Shown: one piece after another, positions 12,968 to 26,264 of the stretch
Position numbering within the stretch: the stretch's first letter is position 1
How the letters are laid out: every line of letters begins with the position of its first letter
NCBI RefSeq assembly: GCF_030144855.1
Contig: NC_082712.1
Coordinates: 130,138,001 to 130,202,000 of the forward strand
Direction: 5' to 3'
Length of the DNA: 64,000 nt
Origin: Hypanus sabinus
Lineage: Eukaryota
The notes under the pieces: generated by a model
What the model saw: only the letters and a program-made list of their open reading frames with translations
Told to the model about the DNA's origin: nothing
The model's database searches: none
Made by a program: the position numbers and the translations under genes

Positions 12968-13049
12968 GCGTGCACACGCACAAGCACAAATCTACACTTT
13001 ATCCATCCTCCTTTGGCCATCCTAGTACCCTATTCCTGCTTAACCATCA

Positions 13050-13480
13050 TGCTATTTTTTAAAAAAAACCTGTATCCCTTAAGAAAGCTAAAAGTACCCT
13101 GACCTGTGCTCTCTCACCCATACCCAGTAACCCTTTTAATATGAATTCCTGCACCCCAAATCCCTTAGATTAATTCTCATCATCTCTCTCTGTATCCATA
13201 CTTCCTGTAACTCAGAATTACATGTTCTACTGACTCCTCTTCCTGACATTCCTCAAACAATCCTGTCTGGTCTTTCCCTATCATTTTCACTGTTTAGTCC
13301 CCAACCTTAAACTAGTCCACACAGTTTCCTCTCTATTGCCTACCCTAGTACCTGTAACACTCTTTTATATCAAATACAAAACCTCCCTTTCCCCTCTCTG
13401 TCCCATCTTTCTTGCCACATTTGGATGGTTTTTCCCCCAGCATTATTTTACCAGCACTTGCTTGACTGTCTCTTAATTTT
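13050..13480 (-). mobile_element. Nimb/I-clade LINE 3' fragment
   Basis: - strand reads WQERWDREGKGR...EETVWTSLRLG...ECQEEESVEHVILSYRKY..QR...LLAFLRDTG (decayed C-terminal zinc knuckle). Confidence 0.7.
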
Positions 13481-14309
13481 AGGTGCGTGAAACTTTGCAA
13501 TTGTTTCCTTTTCAGTGACTTCTTCCCTGCCCCCCCCCCCCCCCAGTTTCTGAACCAGAACCGGTTTGTTACATTTGATTTTCTTTTAAAAGAAGTATCT
13601 GATCATACATTTGGCTTTTGTTAGGAACAATCTATTGCCACTTCAGTTTCATTGTCTAATTGTGTCTCTGCCTCAGTTTATCGACTCACAACCATCTTTA
13701 CCTATTCCATTGTGCAGAGTCAAATTAAACTGTAACCGACAAGTCAGGTGAGAATGGACTGTAGGACTGAAGTGAGGATTGATGATCCATAAAAAGTCAT
13801 TCACTTCAGCCACTGACCTAACAGTCCTTGGCCAAGAGCTCATTGGAATCAGGTTTATTATCACTGGTATGTGTCGTGAAGTTTGTTAACTTAGCAACAG
13901 CAGTTCAATGCAGTACTTGATAATATGGAAAGAAAAAATGTCAATTACAGTAAGTATGTATGTGTATATATTTTTCTCGCTGTTATCATCAGGTAAGACG
14001 TACAGAAACCTGAAGGCACACACTCAGCAATTCAGGAACAGCTTCTATTCCCCTGCCACCTGATTCCTAAATGGACATTGAACCTTGGACACTACCTCAC
14101 TTTTTTAATATACAGTATTTCTGTTTTTTGCGCAATCTTTAATCTATTCAATATGTGCATACTGTTACTGATATACTTATTATCTTTTTCTCTTCTATAT
14201 TATGTATTGCGTTGAACTGCTCCTGCTAAGTTAACACATGCCGGTGATAATAAACCTGGTTCTGATTCTGCACCCTCTTCCTGACTGTAACAATGAGAAG
14301 ACGGCTTGC

Positions 14310-14625
14310 CCTTGGTGATGAGGGTCCTTAATAACCATGACCATGATTGTTCTTGGCAAATTTTTCTACAGAAGTGATTTGCCATTGCCGCCTTCTGGGT
14401 GGTGTCAATACTCTTCAGAAATGTCTGCCTGGCGTCAGTGGTCACATAACCTGGACTAGTGATATGCACTGACAGCTCATATGACCATCTACCAGCTTCT
14501 CCCATGCCTTCACATGACCCTGATCAGGAGGCTAAGCAGCTGTTACACCTTGCTCTTGGGTGACCTGCAGGCTAACGGAGGGAACGAGCACCTTTCACCT
14601 CCTTTGGTAGAGATATCTCACCAAC
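14310..14625 (-). mobile_element. SINE-like repeat with RTE-type tail
   Basis: - strand ...GGCAATGGCAAATCACTTCTGTAGAAAAATTTGCCAAGAACAATCATGGTCATGG resembles RTE/BovB-related SINE ends. Confidence 0.55.
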
Positions 14626-15174
14626 CTTTTATGATGGTAGGCGAAGGTATTGGAGCTGCACAGGGAGAAGCTCATGAATGACACTGGGAGCCATAGTGAC
14701 ATAATGAACTGTGTATCCAAGTAGAATGCTTACCATAAATGGCTGCAGTGGGACTACTTTAGACAGTACATAGTACTAGAAATAAATATTAGTCCTCACG
14801 GCCCATTTATCAGCAGTGAAAATTATGAATATTCTGGACAATATGAAGAGAAAGAAACCATCCACTGTGGCAGAATAAAGGGCTATTTGCAACAGTTTAG
14901 AATGATTATCAGAAGAGCCCATAGGAACATAGTTTTGTGCAATAAGTGATTAGAGTTCATGAGATGCACTGCCAAAAGGTGTGTTTGGTGCAGAACTGGC
15001 TTTCAAAGAGCAAGTGTTTAAATACATTACGGAAACAAATATTGGCGATTTCAGACACCGACCATGGAGTGGGAGTGACTGGATGGATCTGTTAAGACTG
15101 TAGCAGGTTAAGTGGAGTGAATGGGCTTTCCTCATGGGCTAAGCATATGAACTAGACCATTCATATCACAGGCA

Positions 15175-15725
15175 GGTTATAGACCAATCTGCCTGTGATG
15201 ACTGGTGGAAATACCAAATGAGGAGGAATGACCTATCTTTGACATATTCACCAACACCAGCATTCTGGAAGAGGCCAGCACTTCCACCATAAAAAAAAAG
15301 CAACAGCCCCTCCAAAGGAAAGGGAATATCATTAGGATGCTCAACTCACATCTCCCCAAACAGATCCTTTATTCCCAGTTGGAGGAAGGCCAGCAAGCCC
15401 CTGGAGAGCAACGGAAATGCTTCAAAGATAACATTAAATCAGCTTGACCAATTTCAGCATTACGTCTAAAAACTGGGAAGATATTGCACTCAGTAGGTGC
15501 AGCTGGCAGAAATCTGTTCTAGAGAGAGCTGCACTACGTGAGTGTGAACAAGTGACAGCTGTGAAAGGGGAGAATGAACAACCAAAAGACCCAACCACTA
15601 ACCACAATGCACCAGAATTCTTGACCACAATGCACCAGAATATGTGGATCCTGGATCAGCCTCTACAGCCATCTGAGGATCCACCATTAGACAACACCTT
15701 AAGAGAAAATCTTACTCGATGAGTG
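15175..15725 (+). mobile_element. RTE-clade LINE 3' fragment
   Basis: IRMLNSHLPKQILYSQLEEG...QRKCFKDNIK...WEDIALSRCSW. Confidence 0.8.
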
Positions 15726-16579
15726 GTTGCACTAAATCTCCTGCAACGAACAACTGATCAACAAAAATCAAATTCTGTTTCTGGGTTGTATGATAACAGG
15801 AATCCGGGCATGATTCAACTTAAGTTTCCTCTCCCACCAGCTTTAGCAACATTCCCAGTAGAGTTTGTGAAAAGAAAGCTTTTCTTTGTAAAAGTAGGTA
15901 AGTATTTTCAGGGATTTGTGGTCTTGGTCAGTTCCGTCTCTTGCAACAACATCCTGTGCATTATAAAGATCTCTGGCACTCTAAATTTGTGGGGTGGAAG
16001 GAGTTAAAACAAGCCCGAATCATAAAACTAGTAATGCTATGCCTTTGTGTTTTTCAGATGCCATATACCCCAATATGCCATTCTGAATAGCTTTTCACAT
16101 TGGTTACAAGATCATTGGAACCATTAGTCTTCATAACACCGCTATTGTTACCTAGGTGAAACCTGATGAAGTTCAAATGGAAGAACATGAATAGGGTCAG
16201 AAGTAAACCAGGTGGTCACACATGTTATGCTCCACTGCTCAGCAAGATCATGACTAATATTTTGGCATAACATTCCTGCCCAACCTATATTGCTTGATTC
16301 CCTTAACATCTAAAGGTCTATCACTCTCTGCCTTGAATATACTAAGCAGCTGAGCCTCCATAGTTCTCTTGGGAGAGAATTACAATGACTCACCATTTTC
16401 TTCGCACTTCTGTCATGAATGGTCATTCCCTTATTCCTCACTCTGGAAATTCCAACCAGGAGAAACATCAGTGAATTTTGTCTGTTTTAATTTTTGTTGG
16501 ACAAAGATTTACATACTGAAATTACCAGCTTTGTGATCAATTTTCTTGTTTCTGTACAGCTGAATGGAGTTCAATTGAC

Positions 16580-16682
16580 ATGGCCACTTCTAGTCAATAT
16601 ATACAAAGTAAGTCCCAGGGGCAGGATCGGTTTGATTATCTCCAAGCCCTTGTTACTGAATTTCAAGATACTGACAGTCAAG
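16580..16682 (+). CDS. ARMC7: ARMC7 coding exon 1 (exon starts at 16560 after tttctgtacag)
   Basis: [10 protein letters not shown] motif; donor G|gtaaga at 16683. Confidence 0.92.
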
Positions 16683-19600
16683 GTAAGATATTAGAAGTGT
16701 TCAATGGTAATCCATGACTATCAGTCATAACTTAAGATGGGAACTAAAAGATTCTTAATAAGAAATGTTTTAAAAAAAAGAATATTCACAGGGAAAAGAA
16801 TAACATTTATAGAAACAGGAGTAGGCTAAAGAGCTTCTCAAATCTGCTTTGCCATTCAATATCATGACTGATCCCGTATATTCCTGCGCAGTTCCATCAG
16901 AGACTTTCAATCTCAGTCATGAATATAATCAACTATTTACAACCCTCTAAAGACTTTTCTTCTGTTCTTAATTATTCCTAATTATGCTTCACCCAGCCTA
17001 TCTAACCTCTCCCCATAACTCAAGTTCTTAATTTCAGGCAGTTTGCTGGTGAATCTCTTTTGCTTGCAATTTCTCCAGTGAAATCATATTCTTTTTCTAG
17101 TGTGATGACCAGAACGAAAAACAATACTCTAAGCAATTTGCCATTGTTTATCTACTTTCAGACTACATAGTCTCATTTCCCAACTAACCACCTCTAAGTC
17201 ATTTCATGTCTCTATTTAAATTCAAGACTCTAGTTTCGTACTGAATTATGTTATTCTTCGATTAACTATGAAATAGTCCTATATTACGATAACTTCCCTA
17301 AAGGATCGCTTATTATGAAATTACAAATTCTCAAATCCATTCTGTGAAAACATCTTTGATGATTTTTTTGTTAATTTGATTTCTGCAGTCCATGTGAATA
17401 TTAAAGTCTCCCTTGATTATATTATATTTACTAGAAATTCTATTTTCTTATTTAATTCTCTCTCCAACAATACTGTTGATAGTAGTTATGTAAACAATCC
17501 CACTGCTTTTATCTCTTGTTACTGCTTCTCCCCACCCATACTAATTATGCTTTCTGTTCTTGTGAGCCAAAGTTATTTCTCACTACTGCCATCTTGTTAG
17601 GGCTACTTCATACCAATTGTGTTCTAGTTTTTTAGTTTCTTTATTGTTTCTAAATTGCATGTACCCTGGAAATTTTTAATTCTCCCTCTCCTTGCTTTGG
17701 AAAACCATGACTGTGTTACATTTCTTTCATCAAAGCCGTTTGGATCTACTTGCATTACTACTTTGTAATTCATCCACCTTACTACTCAGCGTTTAGATAC
17801 AATCATTTAACTTCAATTCTTTATCAATTTCTTGTTTTCATGTACAGTCATTTTCTGTTATGTACCTTATGATTATATGAATTTTGCTAATGTTCCTTTA
17901 AATCTGTAACTTTTTTTAGGTATTAAAAAAATTAAGGGATTCTCAATTGGTACAGAAAAGGGATGCTGTGGTTGAAAAAAAATCAGCCAATGTATTTAAT
18001 GATTTGTAGAACAGCTGCAAAGGTGAAAGGGCCAAATTCTGTTTTTATTTCACATGTCTTAAGGTTCCCCTCAATCAAATCTACTCCTTTTGCTGAGAGC
18101 CTTCTCTAGAAAGCTGCCAGTTTCTTGCTATTCAGGATTTGGTGTAGATGTCATGAATTCCAATATTCATAGTTATGGTTGTAATTATGTCTGCATGAAG
18201 CTGTCATTCTAATTTTAGGGTGCTTAGTATTTTTACAACTATTGTACATTGACACACATCATCTTCAGCTCTTCAATTATTATAAATATTTGCTATCCAG
18301 AGAGTACTATCAATATCAATGTGACTTCCACCTGCATATAGATATGTGAGCAAGACTATTGGTAAACACCATTATTGACTCTATCATCATACAACCATCT
18401 CTTCAGCCTTTGCAACATTGCAGCCCTTGCAGAGGTCTGACATGATCTGCTCAAGAGACAACTTCAAATATTTGGTTGAGATGAAGCCTTGGATCTCCTA
18501 CCAAGGTGGTTTCTAAAATGCTGCAGCCCTCATCTACCTTCAAAGTTGCAGAGAATTGGCCAGTTCTTGAAAACATTTTACTTTTGGATCTTAAGAAATT
18601 TGAACTTCTGGTACTTCAACTCAGACTCTTTTGCAAAGGTTCTTTACTAGGTGTGCAAGACTCCAAACAACACAACTATGACAGTCGCTGGAACACGAAA
18701 GCATAGCCAGCTGACAAGGGTATAACCTAATCACAAAGTACACTGCAGGACTCCTGACGAAGGGTCTCGGCCCGAAACATTAACTGCTCGTTTCAATGGA
18801 TGCTGCCTGACCTGCTGAGTTCATCCAGCTTGTTTGTATGTGTTGATAAGGGTATAACCTAAGTAGAATAGGACATATACAGAGGAGGTTTTACAGAGAA
18901 AGAGTTACTGAGATTTTTTTACAGAATAATGTTCATTAAATACAATATTGGGACAGGTAAACATACTGACAAATGGACTGATGTTACTGTATGTGTACTG
19001 TGTATAAACACAAACATTGTTTTACTTACACTTCTCAGAGTCAAAGGAACAAGTTCTGGCAAACCTGGCTAATTTTGCTTATGATCCCAGTAACTATCAG
19101 TATCTTCGACAGCTGCAGGTCATTGACCTATTCCTGGACATGCTCACCGAAGAAAATGAAAGATTTGTGGAATTTGGAATAGGTAAAGGAAAAATAACGT
19201 TTGTTTAGTCACCTCATCACTTGCTCCTATAGTTGGGTAATCTGAAATCTCTATATGTGGTTCATTCCATGGTTCTTGTCAGAGCAAAAATCCTTTTAAC
19301 CATACTAATTTTGAAAACTCTGACAAGGGTTTATATATTAGAAAACATACCACATCATATATCATTGGACTATAATCTCATTCATTTAATATCTACTGTT
19401 TATGTGATGTTGGGTGATAAAGCTTATCAGTAAGTATTCTGAGTTGTAGAACATGGTATTTTGAGTTGTGAAACATGATTCAACCCCACGCCCTCCCCTC
19501 CCCCACCGCCTTCCCACACCCGCACAAAGTAGCACAAAGACAAGAAAATCTGCAGATGCTGGAAATCCAAGCAACGCACATGAAATCCTGGAGGAACTCA

Positions 19601-20899
19601 GCAGGCCGGGCAGCATCTATGGAAAAGAGTAAACAGTTGACACTTTGGGTGAAACCCTTCACCATAAGTCCCAATGAAGGGTCTCGGCCCAAAGCATTGA
19701 CTGTTTACTCTTTTCCACAGATGCTCCCTGGCCTGCTGAGTTTCTTTACCACTTTTGTGTGTGTCCCTAAGAGAAGTATTTTATTTGATTCAGAGATCAA
19801 TTATGAATTTCTTACTGCATACAACCTAGGGAAGGTGCAAATATCTCATTGCTGACTATCCACTGAAAGGCACCTGGCTTTGACATTCCTGAAAGGTAGC
19901 AGACAGCCCTCAGTGGAATCTGTATCAGCTTTGGATAATACAGACACTGATCCTCAAAAGTTATGTATCCTAAAATATCATAGCTTTAAGTCACAAATTA
20001 TGAAAGGCATTGTATCAGTCTGCAGGAGTTGTTGTTTGTCCATTTGACATCTCTGGAGGCAACTGAGCAGATTGACAGACTGGCAATCCAAGTGTAAGGC
20101 TTTTCCTGTCATATCAATGAAAGAAATTGTAATTGAAAGAATTTTACAGATCATATGGTGCTTGTAACTTTTCTAATCAATCTGCTGTCACAACTGGGTT
20201 GCTAACTGATAACTGACTTACATAGAAAATGGGTGGTTTTCAGCTTGCGCCTCTTGGAGTATGATGGGTACTCTACACAGTTTCTCAAAGCCATTTGTAT
20301 TGGTAATGATAAATCTTCAGATTTCCTAATGGAGTCAAGAATTTGTGTTGATGTCACACTTTTGGAACAATGTTAAATTGGTGATATTAATCCCAAAATT
20401 TTAATGAGAAGGGAGCTCTGTAACATTAATAGTAAAATTCATGTTTAATGAGAATTGGCATTCATTTATATTTGTAATTATACTTGTAATTATAAATTAC
20501 CCTATTTTTGTGGACTTATTATATCGGACCCAAGCTTTATCAATATTTTGATTTCCTACAGGTGGTCTCTGTAACTTGTGCCTTGACAAACAGAACAAAG
20601 AATATATTTTACAGAACAAAGGAGTTCAGGCAGTACTGGACTGCTTATCCAGCTCTAATGAGGAAACTGTGCTGTCTGCCATTACCACGTTAATGTACCT
20701 AGTGACTCCTTTGTCCCACCAAGAAATAGCATCAATGCCGGTTATTCAGTGTATGCTACGGTTTTCTCTGTCCAAAAACAAACGACTGAGTAACTTAGCA
20801 ACTTTGTTTCTAAAAGATGTCTGCTCTTCAGAAGAAGTAGAAAAAGCCGGAAATCTGCAGAATCACACAGCTTTGGGAATACCACTTCCAAAAGAATAG
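16580..20899 (+). CDS. ARMC7: Armadillo repeat-containing protein 7, join(16580..16682,19039..19182,20562..20899), 194 aa
   Basis: Spliced translation [68 protein letters not shown]...[10 protein letters not shown]...[15 protein letters not shown]...[11 protein letters not shown] matches recalled ARMC7 motifs. All introns are GT-AG, phases 1/1, total 585 nt. Confidence 0.96.
18731..18843 (+). mobile_element. Minimal Penelope pLTR-derived insertion with hammerhead core
   Basis: CTGACGA-agggtctcggccc-GAAAC at 18754-18778; 19-bp flanking direct repeat TGA(C/T)AAGGGTATAACCTAA. Confidence 0.8.
19039..19182 (+). CDS. ARMC7: ARMC7 coding exon 2 (144 nt)
   Basis: Acceptor cttctcag; encodes [15 protein letters not shown]; donor G|gtaaag. 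Confidence 0.96.
   Translation, partial: SQRNKFWQTWLILLMIPVTISIFDSCRSLTYSWTCSPKKMKDLWNLE
19531..19765. repeat. Inverted pair of Penelope pLTR ends (hairpin) in ARMC7 intron
   Basis: ~90-bp arms (about 19573-19660 and 19674-19765) are reverse-complementary. Confidence 0.8.
20562..20899 (+). CDS. ARMC7: ARMC7 coding exon 3 (to stop)
   Basis: Acceptor ttcctacag; encodes GGLCNLC...[11 protein letters not shown]...LGIPLPKE*. Confidence 0.96.
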
Positions 20900-22459
20900 G
20901 CTCAGAAAATTCTGATACTTCGGGAAAGGAGTGCATGGACTCATCACTGTGTGATGAACAGTCATTACAAAAATTGCATGTGAATACTGTGTTTTATCTG
21001 AATTGTTCAGTTTCTTAATAGTTCATGGTGTGCTTGCTGTAGAGACCATATTGTTAAAATTTAAGTTGAGGGTCTTCTCTTATAGATAAAACTTAAAGAT
21101 TACTTAACATTATTTGGTAGAAGGGCAAGAAAGTTTTCCTAAGTGCCCTGACCATTATTAATCCGTTAGGCATCTTTCACTAAAATTATTATACTTTGAT
21201 TTGCAGAAGTTTGTTGTTTGTGAATTTGCTGTCACATTTTCTACATTTTTAACAGTAACAGCACTTCGGAAATACATCACTGCCTGCTTTGGGATTGAAA
21301 AGGTGACTCAAAGTCAATAAGAAAGCTGTATTATCTTTTATTGATGCATTGCAATTTTATTTTCAATCCCAGTTCTCCATCTGATGTTGATATTGCTGAA
21401 GAACCTGTCTGCATGTGTTGGCACATTTTAGTTGATAATGAATGCAATTTTGCTGGAGGTGTCATCTTTCATGTGAAATATTAAAACTTGATCCTGCTCA
21501 GAGTAAACATTTTTCCCAGCATCTTATTAAACCACTGTCTAATACTATAGACAAGAAAAACTTTAATTGGTTATTCATGAGATGTTAATGGTTCATTTGT
21601 TCAAGTTGTTATACTCCTTAAATAACTCACTGCAGGATACTGACATATCAGTAGTGGAATACAAGTTCAAATTGTGCCTAAAAAGAATAAAAAAGATTGT
21701 GTGTGGGATGTTGAAGATGTTGGTGTCACAATCTTGTCATAATTTTGGACTGCAACTGATCAATCAGTTATAGCAAGGGTAATGCCAGGTATAGTAAGAT
21801 TTGCCAACTTGTAAATAATTTTTTTTTATAAATAATTTTTTATAATTTTTTTTCCTGGATTTATAACCACTGCCCATCCTTATGGTTCTGTATTACTGAG
21901 GTTTCCTGAGGCCCCATTCCCGTGCTCCCTTGAAACACACTGATACCTGGTTTCCTACATTACATTCCCTTTCCATTTTTGTTCGAGTTCTTTTTGCGCG
22001 GAGGTGCGATTTGGGGGTTGATGATAGTGCTGCCTTTCTTTTAAGGTTTCATGGTTACCCAGAGAACTAATGAATTTCAGAGTTGTATACTTTGATAATA
22101 AATGAACCTTTGAACCTTTAAATTCATTTTTTTATTCTTTACTCGCTTTAAACTCAGTGAAAAGTATTTTATTGTGCAATAAATAATGTTTAAAAGTCAA
22201 TTAAAACTGTATTAGTAAGAGCAATACTTAGTAGTGTAAGAAGTCTGCCAGCTCAGTAACACCAAAGCCTCCAGGGTGCTGATTTTTCTTGATGATGTGG
22301 TTGGCGCTCTCCTAAATGGACTTGATATAGTCACTGCTATCCTTTGACTGCAGCAAAGGGTTTGATGGGTGTTTCGAAGTACTTCATTACAATAAGATTT
22401 AATCATCTCTTATTAGCAGTTTGATCTGTCCCAATCCTGCACATGCTGAGCAGAATGTG

Positions 22460-22750
22460 ACTACTCGAAATAGAGCTGCGCTGCCCTTTTGCTCCGGTTG
22501 GTGTCGCTGCCGAGCGCCTGAGCCCTGTTTGTGCGCATGCGGGGTGGTGTCGCGTCGCGGTTTCCATGAAAGCTGGGATCGGGTGTGGGAAGCGGGGCCT
22601 GTTGACGAGTGAGCAGTTTTATACGAATATAATCCTGACCTTTGTCCTGGGTCATGATAAAGTTCCTGTTATCTTGAACTTGAGAAAATATATTTAATGG
22701 TAATAATTGGCGGTGTAATCTGGAAATGGATAAGGAACAGGCTGGCAGGT
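22460..22750 (+). promoter_or_regulatory. TMEM138 CpG-rich promoter and non-coding exon 1
   Basis: CpG cluster; NRF1 motif TGCGCATGCG at 22532-22541; candidate donors CGA|gtgagc (22609) and CAG|gtaaga (22749). Confidence 0.7.
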
Positions 22751-23889
22751 AAGAAGTCTTTCGTTGCTGGAGGTGGGGAGAGCGCTTGGAAATCAGAGGA
22801 TTCTCTCCATACTTTATATTCACAGGGAAAATCATTGGACCAATCTTAATTTATACTTTCAGAGATCAACATAAATCATGCATGTAATGGTTAAATTTTG
22901 CTATTAGTTGTTGGGATGACAACATACAATTTTCTGATTCTAAAGACACCAGCCTTTAAATAATCATTAATTTCATTTTGCTCATATCAAATCAAATGAT
23001 TCAACATTTTTAATTCCCTTTCCGCACAAAACACAAACTTATGTCGTTGAACGCTGCTTCCCGTCTGCATTGTTCATAGATTTGTTCATTTTTAGGTGAT
23101 TAATATTCAAGCAAAGTGGTTCATTGGACGAAATGTAGTACTGTTCTGTCGTAGATATTTATCTTAATGTCGAATAACTAAGGCTCCCAGATTTCTGGAA
23201 CGTCATAATTCGATATTGTAAAGTTCCTCTCTCTATGTTTGGGTATTGTGAGGGTTCTGCAGATGCTGGAGTAACGCACATAAAATACTAGGGGAACTAA
23301 GCAGGTCAGGCAGCATCAATCCTGGTGATGGGTTTCGGCACGAAACGTCAACTCTCTGTTCCTTTTCATTGATGTTAAGTTCCTCGACCATTTTGTGTGT
23401 GTGCTACAAAACCCGAAAATGCTGGAAACTCTGAAATGTAAAAACGTTATTGTAATGTGCTTTTTTTTTGTTCTTGGGAGAAAGATCGGGAAGAAAGTAT
23501 GGAATTGAGGGGAGCTGAAGTTTTTATTTGGGAAGGAAACTCACAATATGGATGGACATCGAAATTGCTGTCATGAAGCCTGAAGTTTCTCTGCATTTAG
23601 TACTAAAGTATAGTCACCTACGGGAACGTTTTTAAGTGGTGGGCCAGAGCAGACAGCCAGCATTCGTTGTGCAGTATCCCGAGTCATGAAGTCTTTATGA
23701 CTACTGTTTTCACGTGGCACACCATTAGTATCAGTGCCTTTTAGGTCTGGACAATCTCTGTCTCTAGACCCATCCTTTGATCAACCTTATTGCATCTTCA
23801 GTATTTCTACCTTTGGTTCAGTGCCAATTTTACCACATCATTCTTCTTGACACGTTTGACAGTTTCCCTACATTTAGTTGCACCAAGTG

Positions 23890-25190
23890 AATTCAGTTAT
23901 TGATGAAGAACAAGGAAATTTGGAAGATCAGTACCAAAGATGTTATTTTGGTTGTAAAGAATAGTGATAAGCTTGAAACCAGAAAACTTTAAAAAGCAGA
24001 AGAGGATAGCTTAAAAAGAGCAAGAAATATAAACGTGTACATGAGGAGCTTTTGTTATCTGAAAATAAATGGGGATGGGAAACTAATAATGGAAGATAAA
24101 GAAAAAGTAGAGATTTTGAAAAAGGACATTTTGAATCATTCCAAGAACGTTCCAGTAATAGAAAATATAAGGGTTAAATAAAAAGAAAGGAACTTTTTGC
24201 CATCACCACCTGCAGAAAAAGGTCCTAGAAGTTAACAGGACTGATTGATAAGTCCTCTGGAGCTGATGGCTTGCATCATAGGATCTTGAAAGCAATGATT
24301 GCAGTGGTAGTTATGTTTTGTAACTTCAAAACATTAAACTAACTCAAAGGAAGACTTGGGAGTCCGGGAATGAGTGTCTAACTATATGTTTACTTTAAGC
24401 AAGGTGCACACATATCACGTGGTAGCATGATGACATATGCAATTCACGTATATAGCTCATAATGGATTATTTAAATGAACACGAATGCTTGATCAATGGA
24501 TATACACACACACACAGGATTACTGAAACATAACTAAATATTAAATACATAATAGTAGTGGATCTGTGACTTCCAATAAGTTTGAGGCTCTGAAGAGGTC
24601 CAAGTAAGTTGGAAAGTTGTAGATTATGATGCCTCTATTCAAGGGGGGAGAGGAAGGGGGAAGGAAAAAAGAATCAATAAGCTATGGACCAGTGAATCTG
24701 ACACCTATCACTGAGGAAGAACTGGAATCTGTTATTAATAATGTGTTAGAACACCTCGATAAATGTAATGCGCTTATGCAGGATAAACCTATTTTTTTAT
24801 GAAAGGTAAATTGTGTCTGACAAATTTGTGAAGAGTTCTTTCAGGATATAACTAACATGATGCAGAAACAGTAACCAAAAATATGGCAGAAAATTGGCAG
24901 ATAATGAGGAGAAAGTTGGCAGGAAACAAAGAAAAGAGAATACTGTTTAAATAGGGATGGGGAATAAGAAAAGATGTGATGGTTTATTGGGATCAAGTTG
25001 ATTTAATATCAAACACAAAATTTATACATTTGTTCAGTAAGCAAGTAGGAAAACAACTGGATCATTGGGCTCTGTTGCAAAGGAGATATAAAAGCTTGAA
25101 AGGTCTTGCCAGAAGCCTACACAGTACTGATTAAACCGCACCAGAAAATTCCAAATGTTTTTGACCATTTTATTTAAGGAACAATAAACT
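23890..25190 (+). mobile_element. Highly decayed CR1 fragment containing a probable ~245-bp solo LTR (24311-24554)
   Basis: KSSGADGLHHRILK and KGKLCLTNL motifs; insert (TG)TTATGT...ACATAATA flanked by GTAG. Confidence 0.6.
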
Positions 25191-26264
25191 TGGTGAGATC
25201 AAATCTCTCACCATCGAGAGAGAGACTGATCGCTCTAGTGCAGAGGCCTCCAATAGCCAGGTCCACTGTCTCAGAGTTTCGATTTACCACGATGCTTCAG
25301 TCAGCAACATCGGCGAGGAATCAGGTCTTCCACAGGGCTGCACCCTGAAGGTGCTCATCTTTCAAATCGCTCCTGGAGATCCCGAAACACAGGCCACTCG
25401 GCAAATTCCGAAGAGGGATAATCCATGGTTTGTGAAGGACGTAGTTTGAGTGCAGTTGTAGATCATGGACTCTGACAGAGCCTACGAAACCTTACAAAGG
25501 GAAAAAAGGACTTGAGAACAGATTATGTAAATTGTTTTGTAGATGAACTCAAAGAAGTTGCCCAGGTCCACAAAAACCACTGGCGTCGTCTTTAGCTCCT
25601 TCCCAATTGCTCTTTTTCCAATTTTTTAACTCCAGGTTCTCTAATGTATTCCATCATTGGAACTAGCCTAGCTAGAAAGTTTCAATATTCTTTAAAAACT
25701 TTCATGATACCCAGTCAGATCAAACAATTCTCAAAAGAAAAACAGCAGCTACTTTGGATTTTTCTCAGATTATTTTATAATGCAAAGGAAGCCTTTTGAG
25801 ATAATTTCCTTCAATCTGATTCTGTCACTTATTTCCCCCAATTTCACTGGCACTCACCTGCACCAGCACAATTTACAGTTAGGACTTTGGCAGATGAGAG
25901 AAAAATGGAATATCTGAAGGAAACCCATGTAGTCACAAGTAAACTGTGCAAACTGCATACAAGAAACGTCGAAGGTCGGGATTGAACTCAAATCACTCAT
26001 TATGCTATCAGGATCCAGTTGCAGTGGAATCAGAATGAAGTTTATTATCACCGACGTATGTTGTGAAATTGTCAGTCTAAATCAGTCCCAATGAAGGGCC
26101 TCAGCCCAAAATGCTGACTTCTTATTCCTTCACTTGATGCTGGCTGACCTGCTAAGTTACTCCAGCATTTTGTGTCTGTTACTCTGGATTTCCAGCATTT
26201 GCACAATCTCCTGTGTTCATGTTGTGAAATTTGATGTTTTGCTACATCTGGATGCATAATTTTA

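Noticed and set aside
12288-13062. Long ORFs of 188-245 aa
   Set aside because: They run through the N gap and low-complexity C/T tract.
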